Shown here piece by piece: positions 52,463 to 64,000 of a stretch of 64,000 nt of DNA. Both the position numbers and the translations under genes were made by a program. Origin of the DNA: Lama guanicoe (lineage: Eukaryota); contig MU054049.1 in the NCBI GenBank assembly GCA_013239625.1, positions 1,553,892-1,617,891 on the forward strand, given 5' to 3'. Position 1 is the first letter of the stretch. Each line of letters opens with the position of its first letter. The notes under the pieces are model-generated. The model was not told the DNA's origin, searched no databases, and worked only from the letters and a program-made list of their open reading frames with translations.

Positions 52463-54338
52463 CTGAAATGGTAAATACTGAATACAGCAAACAGCAACGA
52501 GGTGATTTATTGTGGAATACAAAAGACAGCATTACAAAATGTTTTAAACTTTCATCAAGAGCAAAATGAAAATAAAATGGAACTTCCACATGTTACCATT
52601 GCTACAAAGAACGTAATTTGAGTGATGTCCACTTTTATTCTAACAGGAAGCAAGCCTCAAGGCCTGTCCTGTGGGTGGGCACCCCCCGCCCCCACCCCTG
52701 TCCTGACTGGGCGGCTCAGCTCTCCACACGCCTGAGCACTTCAGTTCAGGTGCAGTGACTCCCCGCTGACCTGGGAGGTGGAACCGCTCCCCTTGGCTTC
52801 CCCGTGACACACTGCGTGAATCACTACATTGCTCTGTTTGACCTTAGCAGCCAATGGGCTATGAGGTCAACAGGCTGCAGGGATAAGAAACATAAACACA
52901 AATGCTCGAAAAGTTGAAAAAGTCGGTCCCCTCTGATAACTTACCATATTCATGACTGTCCTTTACAGTATTCTACACAACACAGAATTTTAACAGGAAA
53001 ATATATTCTGATACACCCTTCTACCCTGTCCTCCCCAGGCCCCTCTGTCCTGTCTCCCTCTGCATCACCAGAGCTCGGCCATCCCTAGGGCCTGCCCAGT
53101 TAATCAGGCCCGTGGTAGCTGGTTCTTCTTCCCAAGGTCAAGGCCGTTTAAACAAACACCAGATCTGAGTGTGGGGCGAAGGGACGTCCTGAATATAAAC
53201 GCCATATTGTATGACTTGCAATTTGTTTTCTCCTGCAGTTTTTCTCTCAGCAAAATCTCACTGAAACAGCCTCCCTCTTTAAATAGTCTATCTCTAAACA
53301 TCAAAGGGCTGCTGAAGGAAGCAAGGAACACGTAAATGCCGTACACTAGTACCCAGAGCGACTCTCCGCTCCCCAACACCCCGGCCCACCAGAAGCCCAC
53401 TCTTCACTCGCTCCCACAGAGGCCAGATGGCCCCGCCTCTGCTTTGGGGACACCCCAGCTGCCTCCAGCCGCTGGGAGCTCTCTTGCTGTGGGGTTACGT
53501 GAGAGAGATGGCGTGGTGACGACGATGAAAGGGTGAGTGGAAAGAAAAGGAGGGACTGGGGCTGACCACCCCCGCCCCCCGCCAGCAGAGCCCGAGGAAG
53601 GGCTGTGAGGCCCGTCCTCACTGCAGTGAAGCAGCTGCCAGCACAGGGCGAGCTGTCAGTCCTTTGGGATGGCGGCAGTAAAATGGCCCAAACTAGTCAT
53701 TTCTCTCCACTGCGATGCATTCGCGGGAAGTGTACATAAATTCTAAAAGACGTTTCAAACCTCATAAACACGGTGTCCTAAGGAACAGGCAGTGCCTACC
53801 CTTAAGTCCTACAACCCGAAGTGCCGACCAGGTCCGTGGGGCTGGGGCAGGCCGGCCTCGGGGGACAGTGAGCAGGGGTGCGTGAGGGGCAAGGGCTGTG
53901 TCGGCAGGAAGCACGGCGCAGACAGTCAGTGCGAGCAGGTGCCAAGCAGAAAAAAGAGAAAGTTCCTGCACCACGAGGAGACTGAGTGAGAGGCCGGCAC
54001 GCCCAGCAGGGACCCACCCTGGGTGCAAGAAAGTGGTGACGCAAGACTATGAAAGCACACAGGCGAGGAGGCAAGCAAAGCCAAAAAAGGGAAGTCCTTC
54101 TCAATTACACATGTATGTGTACAGGTGCATGTGTACTTTTAAAAACCCTCTTAAAACAGAGGATGTTAAAGGGAAACAGCTGAAAAATTAAACCTACAAA
54201 AGGAACTCAAAATTTTCTATTATAAATTTGCTTCGCGTCTTTCAAGGACTTTTCAGAATACGCATTTCCTAAACATTCAATGAGCCTGAATAATGACTTT
54301 TTCAAAAATGCAAGAGTTCATGTGTTACTTGGAGGCAC

Positions 54339-54459
54339 CTTGTTATGCTTCTGTCGTTTCACGGAATCCAGTTTCCTGCTGATGTCTTTGTTGGTGGCAG
54401 CTTGAGGGCTAAGTTGTTCAATAATTTTATCGATTTGCCTTAGGGATGTTGTACACGAC
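54339..54459 (-). CDS. ERCC6: ERCC6 exon 3 (121 nt; [40 protein letters not shown])
   Basis: Translated by hand (not in the ORF track). Acceptor TTTTTCAG, donor AAG|GTGCCT; phase matches neighbouring exons. Confidence 0.95.
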
Positions 54460-54505
54460 CTGAAAAATAAGACAAAATGTCTACTTTCCACTTGTAACTT
54501 TTTTT

Positions 54506-54582
54506 TTAAATGGAGGTCCTGGGGATTGAACCCAGGACCTTGTGTCTGCTAAGCACATGCTCTACCACTGAGCTATTCCCAC
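54506..54582 (-). mobile_element. tRNA-derived SINE (vic-1-like), short form, just upstream of the exon 3 acceptor
   Basis: Minus strand TAGCTCAGTGGTAGAGCATGTGCTTAGCAGACACAAGGTCCTGGGTTCAATCCCCAG plus A-tail. Degenerate TSD at 54488-54505 and 54583-54600. Confidence 0.85.
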
Positions 54583-54904
54583 CCACCTGTAATATTTTTT
54601 ACAGTATAAAATGAAGAAAGAAATGCTAAAAACATGTCCCTTTTACCTCTTATCAACTAAAAGACCAAAGAAAGTAAAAGACCAAAGAATACATATTGTT
54701 TTTGGCCACCAATAGAACTTGAAGAGTTGTTAGAAGTCTAAGTTGACTGTTGAGTATTTTACTTTATCTGGCTAATTTTAATCAGCCCATTTCCACTTGC
54801 AGGCTGATTCATTCATTCTACAAGCATTTTAAGTGTGTACTTTATTCAAGAGACTGCAAAAACAACATGCAATAACTTGTCCTTTGAGATGAAAAAATGC
54901 ATAC

Positions 54905-55030
54905 ACTTTTTTTTAGGATTTTATTTTTGAGAGCAGTTTTAGGTTCACAGCAAAATTCAGAGGAAGGCACAGAGATTTCCCTTAGATTCCTTACCCCAAA
55001 TATGCACAGCCTGCCCCATTGTCAACAACC
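54905..55030 (-). mobile_element. L1MA/MB 3'-terminal fragment
   Basis: TTTATTTTTGAGAGCAGTTTTAGGTTCACAGCAAAATTCAGAGGAAGG...CACAGCCTGCCCCATTGTCAACA. Confidence 0.7.
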
Positions 55031-56443
55031 CATACATGGGTTTTTAAAGCCCATTATGGAAGTCTTCCAAAGTTTGGAAAAGTATTGAAAACACTTAAAC
55101 ATTTTCTTACATAAGTCAGGCATCTGTGACCACCTTTTCCTTTTGCATGACTAGAAGACTTACTTGCTGTAGTATTACACTTCGTAGTATGAAGAAAAAA
55201 AGTCAACTTATAATACGTTGCTCCTAAAACTGATACCACAGAACTGTAACTCTCAATTTGGAAAACACAAATTCAATCTTGACCCTTGCGTAATTTTCTG
55301 TTTGTATCCTTTGTGGATTTCAGGAAAAAAAAGATGTGATCAAAGCAAGTTTCTGGTGGTCTTAGCACCACGGGTCACCACCTGCCTAGTGTTCGCCTGC
55401 CCTGTGACTCTGCAGCACTCTGCTCTATCTGCTTGGCAAGCAGTGGACACGTTTCCAAGGTCAAATGTAAAAGGAGTGTCCATTACAAGGAACCGAGGTC
55501 CTCACACCTGAAGGTCAGACTACAACTATCTGAGAACACTTGCTACTCAAGAGGCCCAAAGAACACGCAAGAAAACTGTTAGCAGAAAACACGTCCTTTA
55601 AGTGCTAACAGCCACCTGCACCACAGCGTCCCCCACTGGTAGCCAACAGCTCCATGCTCCTCCCTCCTCTCCCCTCCCCCAGCCACTCCCACCTGAGACC
55701 ACATCATCCCTCAATCCAGTCCTCCCCTTCTCTTTTCTGCTTGCCTGACACTGCCAGAACACTGGCCAAGGGAGAGCAGCCTGGCAATGGAGAGCGAGCT
55801 CAATCCTCTGCCCCTTCTTCTAGCCCAGGTCCAGAATCCCCGTTCCCCACCAATGTGTTATGCTCAACATGGCCCCAATTTGTTTCTCCCTTAAAACGCA
55901 AATGCAGTCTCCATGGGACTTCACCCTTTCTTATGGAGTCAAAAGTAGGACAGAAGAAAGGAAACGCAGGGAGTTGTTTCTCATCATTTCTAGAAACGCA
56001 AACCTGAAGGGGTACCAGAAGACTGGCATTCAGTTTAGGGACAGGAAACTGGAAAGACACTATAGGACAGTGGGAAATGTGAGGGGGCAGGTGTGTTCCT
56101 GGTACCTTGAGTAGGACACATCAGAACTTTAGGAACACTTCTCCTGAGAGCCATTTTGGGCTCAAGCTTGTGAGATCTGGGGCCCTGTGAAGAGCACTCC
56201 TCTCCAGGACATACACAGGCTGCCAGGAACTGAACTGAGATGCTAACTACTGTGTACAACGCTCCTGAGGGCCAGGGCTGGGGTTCAAACACAAGGTCAA
56301 GGATCCCCTTTATTGACTCCATCCTCTGACTAAGAGGTTCTATAAATCTCCTAAATGTCTGCACTGTTACAACTACGGTCTGAATTTCCCCGTCATACGT
56401 AAATACAAACTCTGCAGTCAGAGAGAAGGTGGTGCACACTCAC

Positions 56444-56865
56444 GTGAGGTCGTCCAGGACTGACCAATACTCCCTCTCAGCGTCCGCAAGCTGGGCCGCG
56501 CGGCCGGCCTCATGGATGGCGCTGCCCACCTGCTGAAGCACACCTTGCTCCAGCACGTCCTGGTCGTAGACGTCCACCCCCAACCCCTGCAGTTCCAGGG
56601 CCTGGGCACTGGGCTCCACCGCCTGGATCTGATGTCTGTCGATGTGCAGCAGGCCGGGCCCTCGCCTCGGAACTTCAGACAGACGCCCCTCGGCAGAAGT
56701 GGATGGCCCACTGGCAGAGGAACAAGAAGGGAGGCTGTCCCCCAGCTCCGCATCGCCATCATTTTCCCGCTTGACTGTCACGCCTTCACTCTCACAGACA
56801 TACTGACTCTGCACACCGGCTTGATCCTGAGTTTGACTTGAGTGGGGGATTCTCTCATTCGACAT
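56444..56865 (-). CDS. ERCC6: ERCC6 exon 2 CDS (422 nt; [11 protein letters not shown]...SVLDDLT); exon begins at 56879 with 14 nt of UTR
   Basis: Acceptor TTTTAG at 56880-81, ATG at 56865 with -3 A, donor AC|GTGAGT. Conserved [39 protein letters not shown] block. Confidence 0.97.
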
Positions 56866-57499
56866 CCTCTACACACCACCTAAAAGGAAAAAAAACTTTT
56901 CAAGATGCCCTTTGGGTATACAGAATGGATATTTATATAGTTTTTTAAATACTTCAAAGCAGACCGATTTCTCAAAAGATCAAGAAATTATTCTCCAATT
57001 ACATACACTCAAGCTTCCAAGTATTATTTTTCTTAAAATGGCAAAAGCTGTATCTTCTTGAGTTCTTGACAATAAATAAGAAAAATTAAGAACAACAACA
57101 GAAAAAAAAAATCAGAAGAAGAAATGTTGATGATGCAGTATCATCAACAAAGGACACTGCGGGAGCCAGCTAAGAAAGCTGGCAGCCAGAAGCCAAAAGT
57201 GATGCCCGCAGAATCGTCTCCATCCAAATCAACTGAAGTCATTTCACGCTGCTTTCTAACCTAGCCTCTTCACTGCATTACAGCACAAATGACCTACATT
57301 TAGCGGCACGATCAATGGTAACATATAGATTTAGTGATAGAAGGAAAGAGATTCTGTACAATCTAAGACTAGAAACTTTCAGGGGGAATATTTACTCCAA
57401 CAAATAGAAACTCTGAATTGGAGATAATAAATAGCACCACTCAAATCAGATTCTGAGGAAGATTCATTAAAGCATTCTCAAAAATAACTCCATTTCAAC

Positions 57500-57900
57500 G
57501 CATGATATAATCTCTCGCCATCAAGCTGGAAAAAACATAAAGACTGACAATATCCAGTGTAGGCAAGAAAGATCCACCTTCATACAATGCTGGTAGGAGT
57601 ATAAATTAGTAAAATTCTTTCAGAAGGCAACTTAGCAGTATCTATCAAGATTTAAAATGCACATCACTGCATATTTATTCCAGAGAAATATTCACCTAGA
57701 CACAAGGATATTTATTGTAGCATGTTTTTTAAACAGTTTTAAAAAGGCATTAAGTATTTTCAGTGGTACTGATATAAAAGCCAAGAAAAATGTAAAAGTA
57801 TGAAGGCATATATATTGAAAAAAAATGTGTACCCAAAGCTGTGTATCTGGAATGCATTCAGAATGATCTAGAGACACATATGAAATCTGCAACAACTGGG
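57500..57900 (+). mobile_element. Old L1 ORF2 C-terminal/3' fragment
   Basis: GACTGACAATATCCAGTGTAGGCAAG...CATACAATGCTGGTAGGAGTATAAATTAGTA...GGCAACTTAGCAGTATCTATCAA. Confidence 0.7.
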
Positions 57901-59155
57901 AGAGGGAAGCAGAAGGAACAGGGAAGAATGGAAAGGAACTTTCACATCTTCCTCCCAGTAATCAGAAACTCCTTGAACGAAAATGTGTTTGCTATCTTGC
58001 CTGTATAACTCCATCTAATACATTTAAATATATTACAAGAAAAGAAAAAACCAGTGACAGCCTTTCTTTCTACTTAACTATGAATAAACTAGTTTCTCTC
58101 AGCACTAAAACTTTATCTCTATGAAGTGACCCCAAGTTCCTCTAACAAGCCCCACTCATTCCTCATTAAATAAAATGATCCCAGGGGCCAAGTGCTGGGA
58201 TACAAAGATGTCAGAACACAGTGTCATCCTGTCCCGATGAAGAAGTAGGTCAGTAATAACCCAGCAGGGTAGGTTGGCAGGAGAGACACAGACAGGAAGC
58301 CAGGTGAACACAGAGAAAAGGGACAGCATGTTGGGAAAGGGGTTCAAAGAACATAGATGAACTAAAGCTTTGAACATGTGACCCAGGACCTGAAACACAG
58401 GTGTTCAACACATGCGGAAAGGAATTAAGGTTCAGAGAGGAGTCTAACATAACAAGTCTGGTCTGGACAACTGAGTCACCGGTGATTTCAGTCACAAAAA
58501 TATGTATCAGAAGGAAGCAGATGGGAAAGCGGGAGAGGGGCTGGTGGAGAGCTGCCAGGAACGTGTCCTGCGTGCAGTCAGAAATGCAAATCTGGGCTCT
58601 AGAGACAATCTGGACAAGATGTGGGTGCCTCGGCAGAGTAAACAGCCTCAGGGATCCCAGGGCTATCATGGATACCAGAGATCCTTTCAGAGGATAAGAA
58701 GAGGCTCACATTGAGCAGGTTAAAAGTGTGCAGCAGAGTAAGAAAGTTCCTCCATTTGGGGCCCTTCTGATTATTTTCAGGAGAAAGTATCAACCTGGTG
58801 CTGTAGCATTAGCTAGTCTTCATCTGCAACAGAGAGAGCAGGATTCTGGCTCAGAGCCTTCATACTAGCTGGAATTTAACAATTCTGTTTCATTGTTCTT
58901 ATTTGTCTGTATACAAGAATGTCTTTCTTGGTTACCCAAAAAAAAAAAGATATTAAATCAATCAAAAATTAAGTAATAATATTGTAGTATAATGACAAGG
59001 TTAAAATAATCATGTTCAGAGAAAACCTCTAACGATAGAAAACGAGTTACAGGGAATGGTTAGAAGTGAAAAAATAATATGGCAACTTCACACAGAAACT
59101 AGAAAGTAGATGGAAATGAGGTCACTCATCATTTCAGTAAAAGAAGTTTTAGTTG

Positions 59156-59286
59156 GTGGGGGAAGACATAGCTCAAGTGGTAAGGCTCATGCTTAGCATG
59201 CACAAGGTCCTGGGTTCAAACCCCAGTACTGCCTCTAAACATAAATAAATAAATAAACTTAATCACCTCCCCCAAGAAAAATTAGT
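59156..59286 (+). mobile_element. tRNA-derived SINE (camelid vic-1-like) with perfect 15-bp TSD
   Basis: A-box TAGCTCAAGTGG, B-box GGTTCAAACCC, (TAAA)n tail. TSD AAGAAGTTTTAGTTG at 59141-59155 and 59287-59301. Confidence 0.85.
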
Positions 59287-60038
59287 AAGAAGTTTTAGTT
59301 GAGCAATGGGGATAAAAGCTGGACTGTAGTGAATTAAGAAGAGAGTAGGTGAGGACACAGAGGCCACAAATGGGTAGCCTATCCCCTGAAGGAGCTTGGC
59401 TATGAAAGGGAAATAGCTGGGATAATAATGTCACCATAGGCTTGGGGAGGCAAATTAGGTCAAGAAAACTACAGGATACAATAGCTGACGGGGAACGGGC
59501 AGGTAACCTACTCAGAAAGTTGTACAAGAGAGAGCAGCAGGGAAAGATCAGGTACAGACGTAAACAGAAGTCACAGAACATCTTTCTCTGACTCCAGCAG
59601 AAGGATGGCTTCTGATGTACCTAAATTTGTAAGTTCAGAGAAGAGAAGCTGGGGTGGACCATAGAGAAACTATCCCGTAAGGTAGGAAGTTCAGGTATTT
59701 CTTGAGTCAGGGGAAAAAGATGGGATGAGGGCTGGAGAAGAATAATAATCTGGAAAAAATAACCTGTAGGAGAGAAAAGGTGATGGGGAGCACTGGTGAG
59801 AGGTGTGGAGGGCCTACTTGAGGCTGGCCCCCCAAAACCATGGATTGCCAACAATCCCCAAGGCTGTACAATCTCCTCCTTCAGTAACGCGCAGTCCTGG
59901 GGAAATGACACCGATGGGGGTCTTCAGAGCAGAAGCAGCAGAAGGACAAAACGGTGTGGGGCATGGAGGTGTGGGGTGAAGATGCTGAGGAGGAGAAGAG
60001 TTCAAGTAACTGACATTGGGGTCCAAGCTGGGTAGCTT

Positions 60039-60126
60039 AAAAAAAAAAAAAAAGACAGAAGGGACTGGAAGGGGGAGGGAAGGAGGGATTAAGGAAAGGA
60101 AGGAAAGAAGGGAGGGAGGGAGGAAG
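60039..60126. repeat. Poly(A) followed by a purine-rich GGAA/GGGA low-complexity tract
   Basis: Read directly from the sequence. Confidence 0.8.
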
Positions 60127-60219
60127 CCAAAAAGTCACTTGGGAAATGACTGTGGACCAACGGGCAAGTCTCCTGGGGAAAGGAGTTGAAAATCAGGAGG
60201 TTCAGAAGTGAAATAAATT

Positions 60220-61110
60220 ATCCATTCAATAAATATTTACTAAGAATCAGTTACACCAAACAATGTACTACATTAACTAGTCTCTGTCCCCATAGAGCTT
60301 AGGCACATATTTTAGGATATGTTAATATGTATATTTATATACAAACTATACACACACAAATGTAACTGTGGTCACTGCTGTAAGAGGAAGTGCAGGACTC
60401 TTTATGACAAAGTAACAGAGGAACTTAATTGACATTGTGGAGGTAGGAGATGTGAGGTCAGGAAGGCCTCTCTGATAAAGTGGTATCTGAGCCAGTATCT
60501 GAAGGATGAACTGGAGTTAACAGGCCAAAAGTGAACATTTTACAAAGAAACAGCATGTTTAATTTCTAAGGCTGGTAAAAGCTGATGAGTTTGGGAAAAT
60601 GGAAGAAGGCTGGGGCATAAATGAGGAATTTTTACTTTATTTCACATGAATAATAAGAGTTAAAGGAGCTGATAATGACTCCACTTATTGTGTAAATTCT
60701 ACAGAATATCTTCTAACACTCTGCAAGGCTTCATCATCTGAGAAAACAATATCTTCATTGTCCTTGAAGCACAGGGGCTTCTGTGGGATGAGCGGGATTC
60801 TGGTTTGGAGGTCTGGTTGTATACATGTATTGTTGGGTAGGAGATGGGTGTAAGTGAAGACAGAGGGGTAGGCACAGGCCAGATCACACAGGGCCTGGGA
60901 AAGCATGAACTTGGATTTTTCTCCAAGTGTAACGGAGTGACTGAAGAGTTTTTAACAGGATGACAATGGCATGATCCAACTTATATTTGTAAAAGACCAT
61001 TTGGGCTACTGTATGGACAACGGATTGGAGAAAACGGTGCAACATGGACATGCTGGGAGGACACACTGGTGAAAAGTGACAGCAGCTTGGAACAGGATGA
61101 CAGCGGTGAA
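60220..61110 (-). mobile_element. L2 (LINE2), antisense to plus strand
   Basis: CATTCAATAAATATTTACT...GTCAGGAAGGCCTCTCTGA...TCTGAAGGATGAACTGGAGTT...GGCCAGATCACACAGGGCCT...GGCATGATCCAACTTATATTT. Confidence 0.72.
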
Positions 61111-61259
61111 GACGGATGCTACGTGGGAAATCCTTCTGTTGCAGCATTTTTATGCGAACTGCTCCATCCTCCTCCACATGCTCCCACCTGATTATATCAA
61201 TGTCTGAAGTGCCTGAGTTGTATTTACCCCGATTCTGTCTTTCAAATGACAACTCCAGT

Positions 61260-61870
61260 GTTTTAATCGAGATGAAGCAGGGCCGAGCTGACCCTGCGCG
61301 CGGGGCCGGACAGAAAGCCGAAAAGTTGACGCTCAGTCACTGGATCGCCGGCCCACGGCGAAGCCAGAGGATGGGCTCCCCGGGCCCCCCAGGTGAGCGC
61401 GCCGCATCGTCACTTCCGGCCGCAGGTGCGCTGGCACGCAAGGCGCGCGCCGGGCCAGCGGGCCGGCTCCCGGCCGCCCGGGCGGACGGCTCCGTCCCGG
61501 CTGCCAGGAGTCGAGGCGGGGCCGCGGCCGCCTGCGGAGCCCGGGCGGGCCCCAGACACCTCCCGCCCGACGTTCAACCCGGCCGCCAGAACACTCACCC
61601 AGGGCCGCGCGGCCACCCGTACGGAAACGTAGACGCAGACGCCGCCGTCAGCAGCCGTGGAACCCGGTCTGGGACCGGCCACGGCGCGTGCGCCGTCTGC
61701 CCGCCGTAAGCACCGCCCCCAAAAATGACCCGGCGGGCTTGCGCGGCTGGGGCCTACGACGCATGCGCCGGCTGCGGTTTATTTTGAACCGCGGGCCTGG
61801 ACACGTGGTTTGACGCAGAGGATGAAGCGCCTCTTCTTCTGCTTGGGTTACGGGTGCGAATGTTGTCTCG
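61260..61870. promoter_or_regulatory. ERCC6: CpG island / ERCC6 promoter
   Basis: Very GC- and CpG-rich. GC box CCGCCCC 61713-61719, NRF1-like CGCATGCGC 61760-61768, E-box CACGTG 61802-61807, CRE-like TGACGCA 61811-61817, ETS-CRE CGTCACTTCCGG 61408-61419. No TATA box seen. Confidence 0.9.
61599..61720 (-). other. ERCC6: ERCC6 exon 1 (non-coding 5' UTR); start approximate
   Basis: Minus strand reads ...GGTTCCACGGCTGCTGACGGCGGC...GCGCGGCCCTGG|GTGAGT with a consensus donor at 61593-61598, inside the CpG island. Resembles the human ERCC6 5' UTR as recalled. No upstream ATG in this segment. Confidence 0.75.
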
Positions 61871-62180
61871 GCTCCTGACCTGTGGCTTGTGGCCAGCGCT
61901 TCACTCATACCTCTAGAAAGGCGGTTATAAGAATTACAAAGCATGTTTCCAGAAAAAGAGAGAGAGGTACGTGTACAAGTGTGCTGTACGAAATCAAGTG
62001 CTTGCAATTAACAGGGAACTCTAAAGAGAAAGTAACCTTGGGGAAGGGAGCTGGCTTGAGCGCCTCACATTTCAGCAGCCGTTCACGGTGGATGTTGTGG
62101 CCTCTCTTGGTCATCTGGCACGACTGTTAGCCTGTCAGAGATAGAGAGAGGGCCATTTACCCCGGTTCCCTTCTCCGCTT

Positions 62181-62203
62181 CACACACACACACACACACA
62201 CAC
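62181..62203. repeat. (CA)n microsatellite upstream of the promoter
   Basis: Read directly from the sequence. Confidence 0.9.
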
Positions 62204-64000
62204 TTGTGCGCGGTGCTGTAAGTGCATAGTGGGCGTACGTGAATGTCTTGATTGTGTTAGTGAGTCAGTCATTTAATATTTGTCTTCAGACCAAAGTGGT
62301 AAGGAGCTGAGATTTTGAGCTTGGAGCATTTGAAGAACCGAAAGTGTCCACACACACACACAGGTTCAGAACAGAGGCAGGAAACTGAGCTTCCCCTGAA
62401 CAAGGAGCAGCCCAGGATGGGTGTACCAAACAGCAGCCTCTGAGCTCAGGGATTGCTGCTCTGGGAGAGGGTGGATTTTCCGGGGGCCAGAGCAAGAAAG
62501 CCCTCTGGGAGTGGCAGTAACTGTGGGAAGGATCTCTGGGGCCTGGGTAAGGACATGTCTTCCTCATTGTGAAGCCTGAAGTTGGACAATAGGAAAGGGG
62601 GGTTGGGTAGTGTACATGTACTTGGTAATGCTCAGTAATACCACTGTATCTCTCCTATTAGCAGTGCCCGTCTACTTCAGCCTGGAGCCATCCCACATAA
62701 AAATGTAACTTGTTCTTTAAAAGGAATGAAGAATTCTAGTGATCTCTTGTGTAAAATATTGAAAATAGTAATGCATTGTTAGGATACTAGTTTTCATGCT
62801 TGAAAATGGACAACAGTTTCTCCCGGATATAGGGTGGTTCCCCACTGTTTTGAGAAGGAGGCCATGTAGAGATGTGACCCAACAGTAAAGACTGTTCCTC
62901 AGCTCCACTTCGTACTCCCCTCTCCAGAGCCACGAGGACTGTCAAGCACTTCAGATAAAGAGGTCCAGGTGCTGCCTCTCAATTCATCGACCCATTGGGG
63001 ACCACAGATTTCAGAGCCATCGGCTGTTCTAAGGTGGTTCCAAGTGATGGAGCTTTAAAAATATGCCCCCTGCAGCCTGGCATGAGCCCCTACCCACAAC
63101 CGCCCTCATTTCTGTGAGGGCTGTGTTTAGGGACTCACAGATTCCTCAAGATGTTTTTTAAGACTTCCTGCTCTTAGCTGGCAAACTGTTAATCAGTTTG
63201 TGGCAGCATAAATAAAATTAGAGGGTTTAATTAAAACTAATGAATGAGTGAGTGGAGACCAGCCTGGCCATTTTACTCTCTGAGCCTCAGAGCAGTAAAT
63301 AATGAAAATGTCACACGGCGCATGATATGTTTCAGCAGAAGAGAAGAGCCAGCAGAAACAAGGCCACAGGGAGCTCCTCCACCCCGGGTGCAATTTACAA
63401 GTGGGTGGAATCCCCATTTTAGTATATCTTATTAACTAATTGCACAGGAACTGTTCCAGTTTTCTGACCCTTCCCAAGAAAAGGGAACAGGGGGAGAGCA
63501 GTACACAGGGTGTCCATTCCTGTGTATCCTTGGTGTACTTTGATGTCCTGGTCCTCAGGGAAGGGAGCAGGGGACGCAATGAGGAGGCTGCACTGTCGGG
63601 TGTTAGCGGGCAGGGGTCTGGAATTCTGACTTTCTCAATGTGTCGGATACAAAAGGAAGAAGCATCGTACATCCTACTTGACTTTCAGATGCTCTCCCAG
63701 ATATTCACGTAGGTAACTGTTTATGACTGTTTGAGCCTAGACCTGAGCTCCATGTAAACGCTGAGTCCTTTTGGCACGGTTTGACTAAGGAATCTTCCAG
63801 ACATGCAACTACCGTGTGAGCGAGATAAGCTGGGACTTTGTTGGGACCTTTCAAAAGTCCCATGCCCCATGCCAACCCTCCTCCCAGCATCCACCTGTAT
63901 GATGTGAGACTTGCATCAGCCTCAGCCATAGCTTATCACTTTCAAGGTGAGTCCACACACAGATGCAAGGATCTTACAGTTCATTTTGTCCCAGAGTGGA

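Noticed and set aside
54506..59240. tRNA-like sequences at 54506-54582 and 59156-59240 as tRNA genes
   Set aside because: They have A-rich tails and target-site duplications and no clean acceptor stem, so they are SINEs.
61116..61709. 197-aa plus-strand ORF and overlapping ORFs in the CpG island
   Set aside because: Ala/Arg/Gly/Pro-rich translation typical of stop-poor GC-rich DNA; no recognisable domain, and it overlaps the ERCC6 promoter and exon 1.

Overview
Mammalian genomic DNA, almost entirely occupied by the 5' three-quarters of ERCC6 (CSB, Cockayne syndrome B; SWI2/SNF2 ATPase of transcription-coupled repair) on the minus strand. I traced a CpG-island promoter with non-coding exon 1 (~61600-61720) and 15 coding exons (exons 2-16, 56865 down to 924). 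They give 2891 nt of phase-consistent, stop-free CDS containing helicase motifs I-VI; the gene continues off the left edge. Intron 7 has a GC donor. Intron 5, which holds the PGBD3 piggyBac in simian primates, shows no transposase ORF. Two young tRNA-derived SINEs resembling camelid vic-1, and the absence of recognisable Alu, B1/B2, Bov, PRE1 or SINEC elements, suggest a camelid genome (inference). Introns carry typical old eutherian repeats (L1M, L2, MIR, MER20, MER33/MER3, MER5, Tigger1 derivative); their boundaries are approximate and assigned by eye. I found no convincing novel gene system. The best leads are non-coding: motif-dense candidate neural enhancers (including a Pbx-Hox plus Meis composite site) that may serve the neighbouring homeobox gene DRGX, and a diverged ~175-bp duplicated element with CTCF-like motifs. 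There are also natural substitutions at human-studied residues (K205R, R134W). Comparisons with human ERCC6 are from memory and need checking by alignment.
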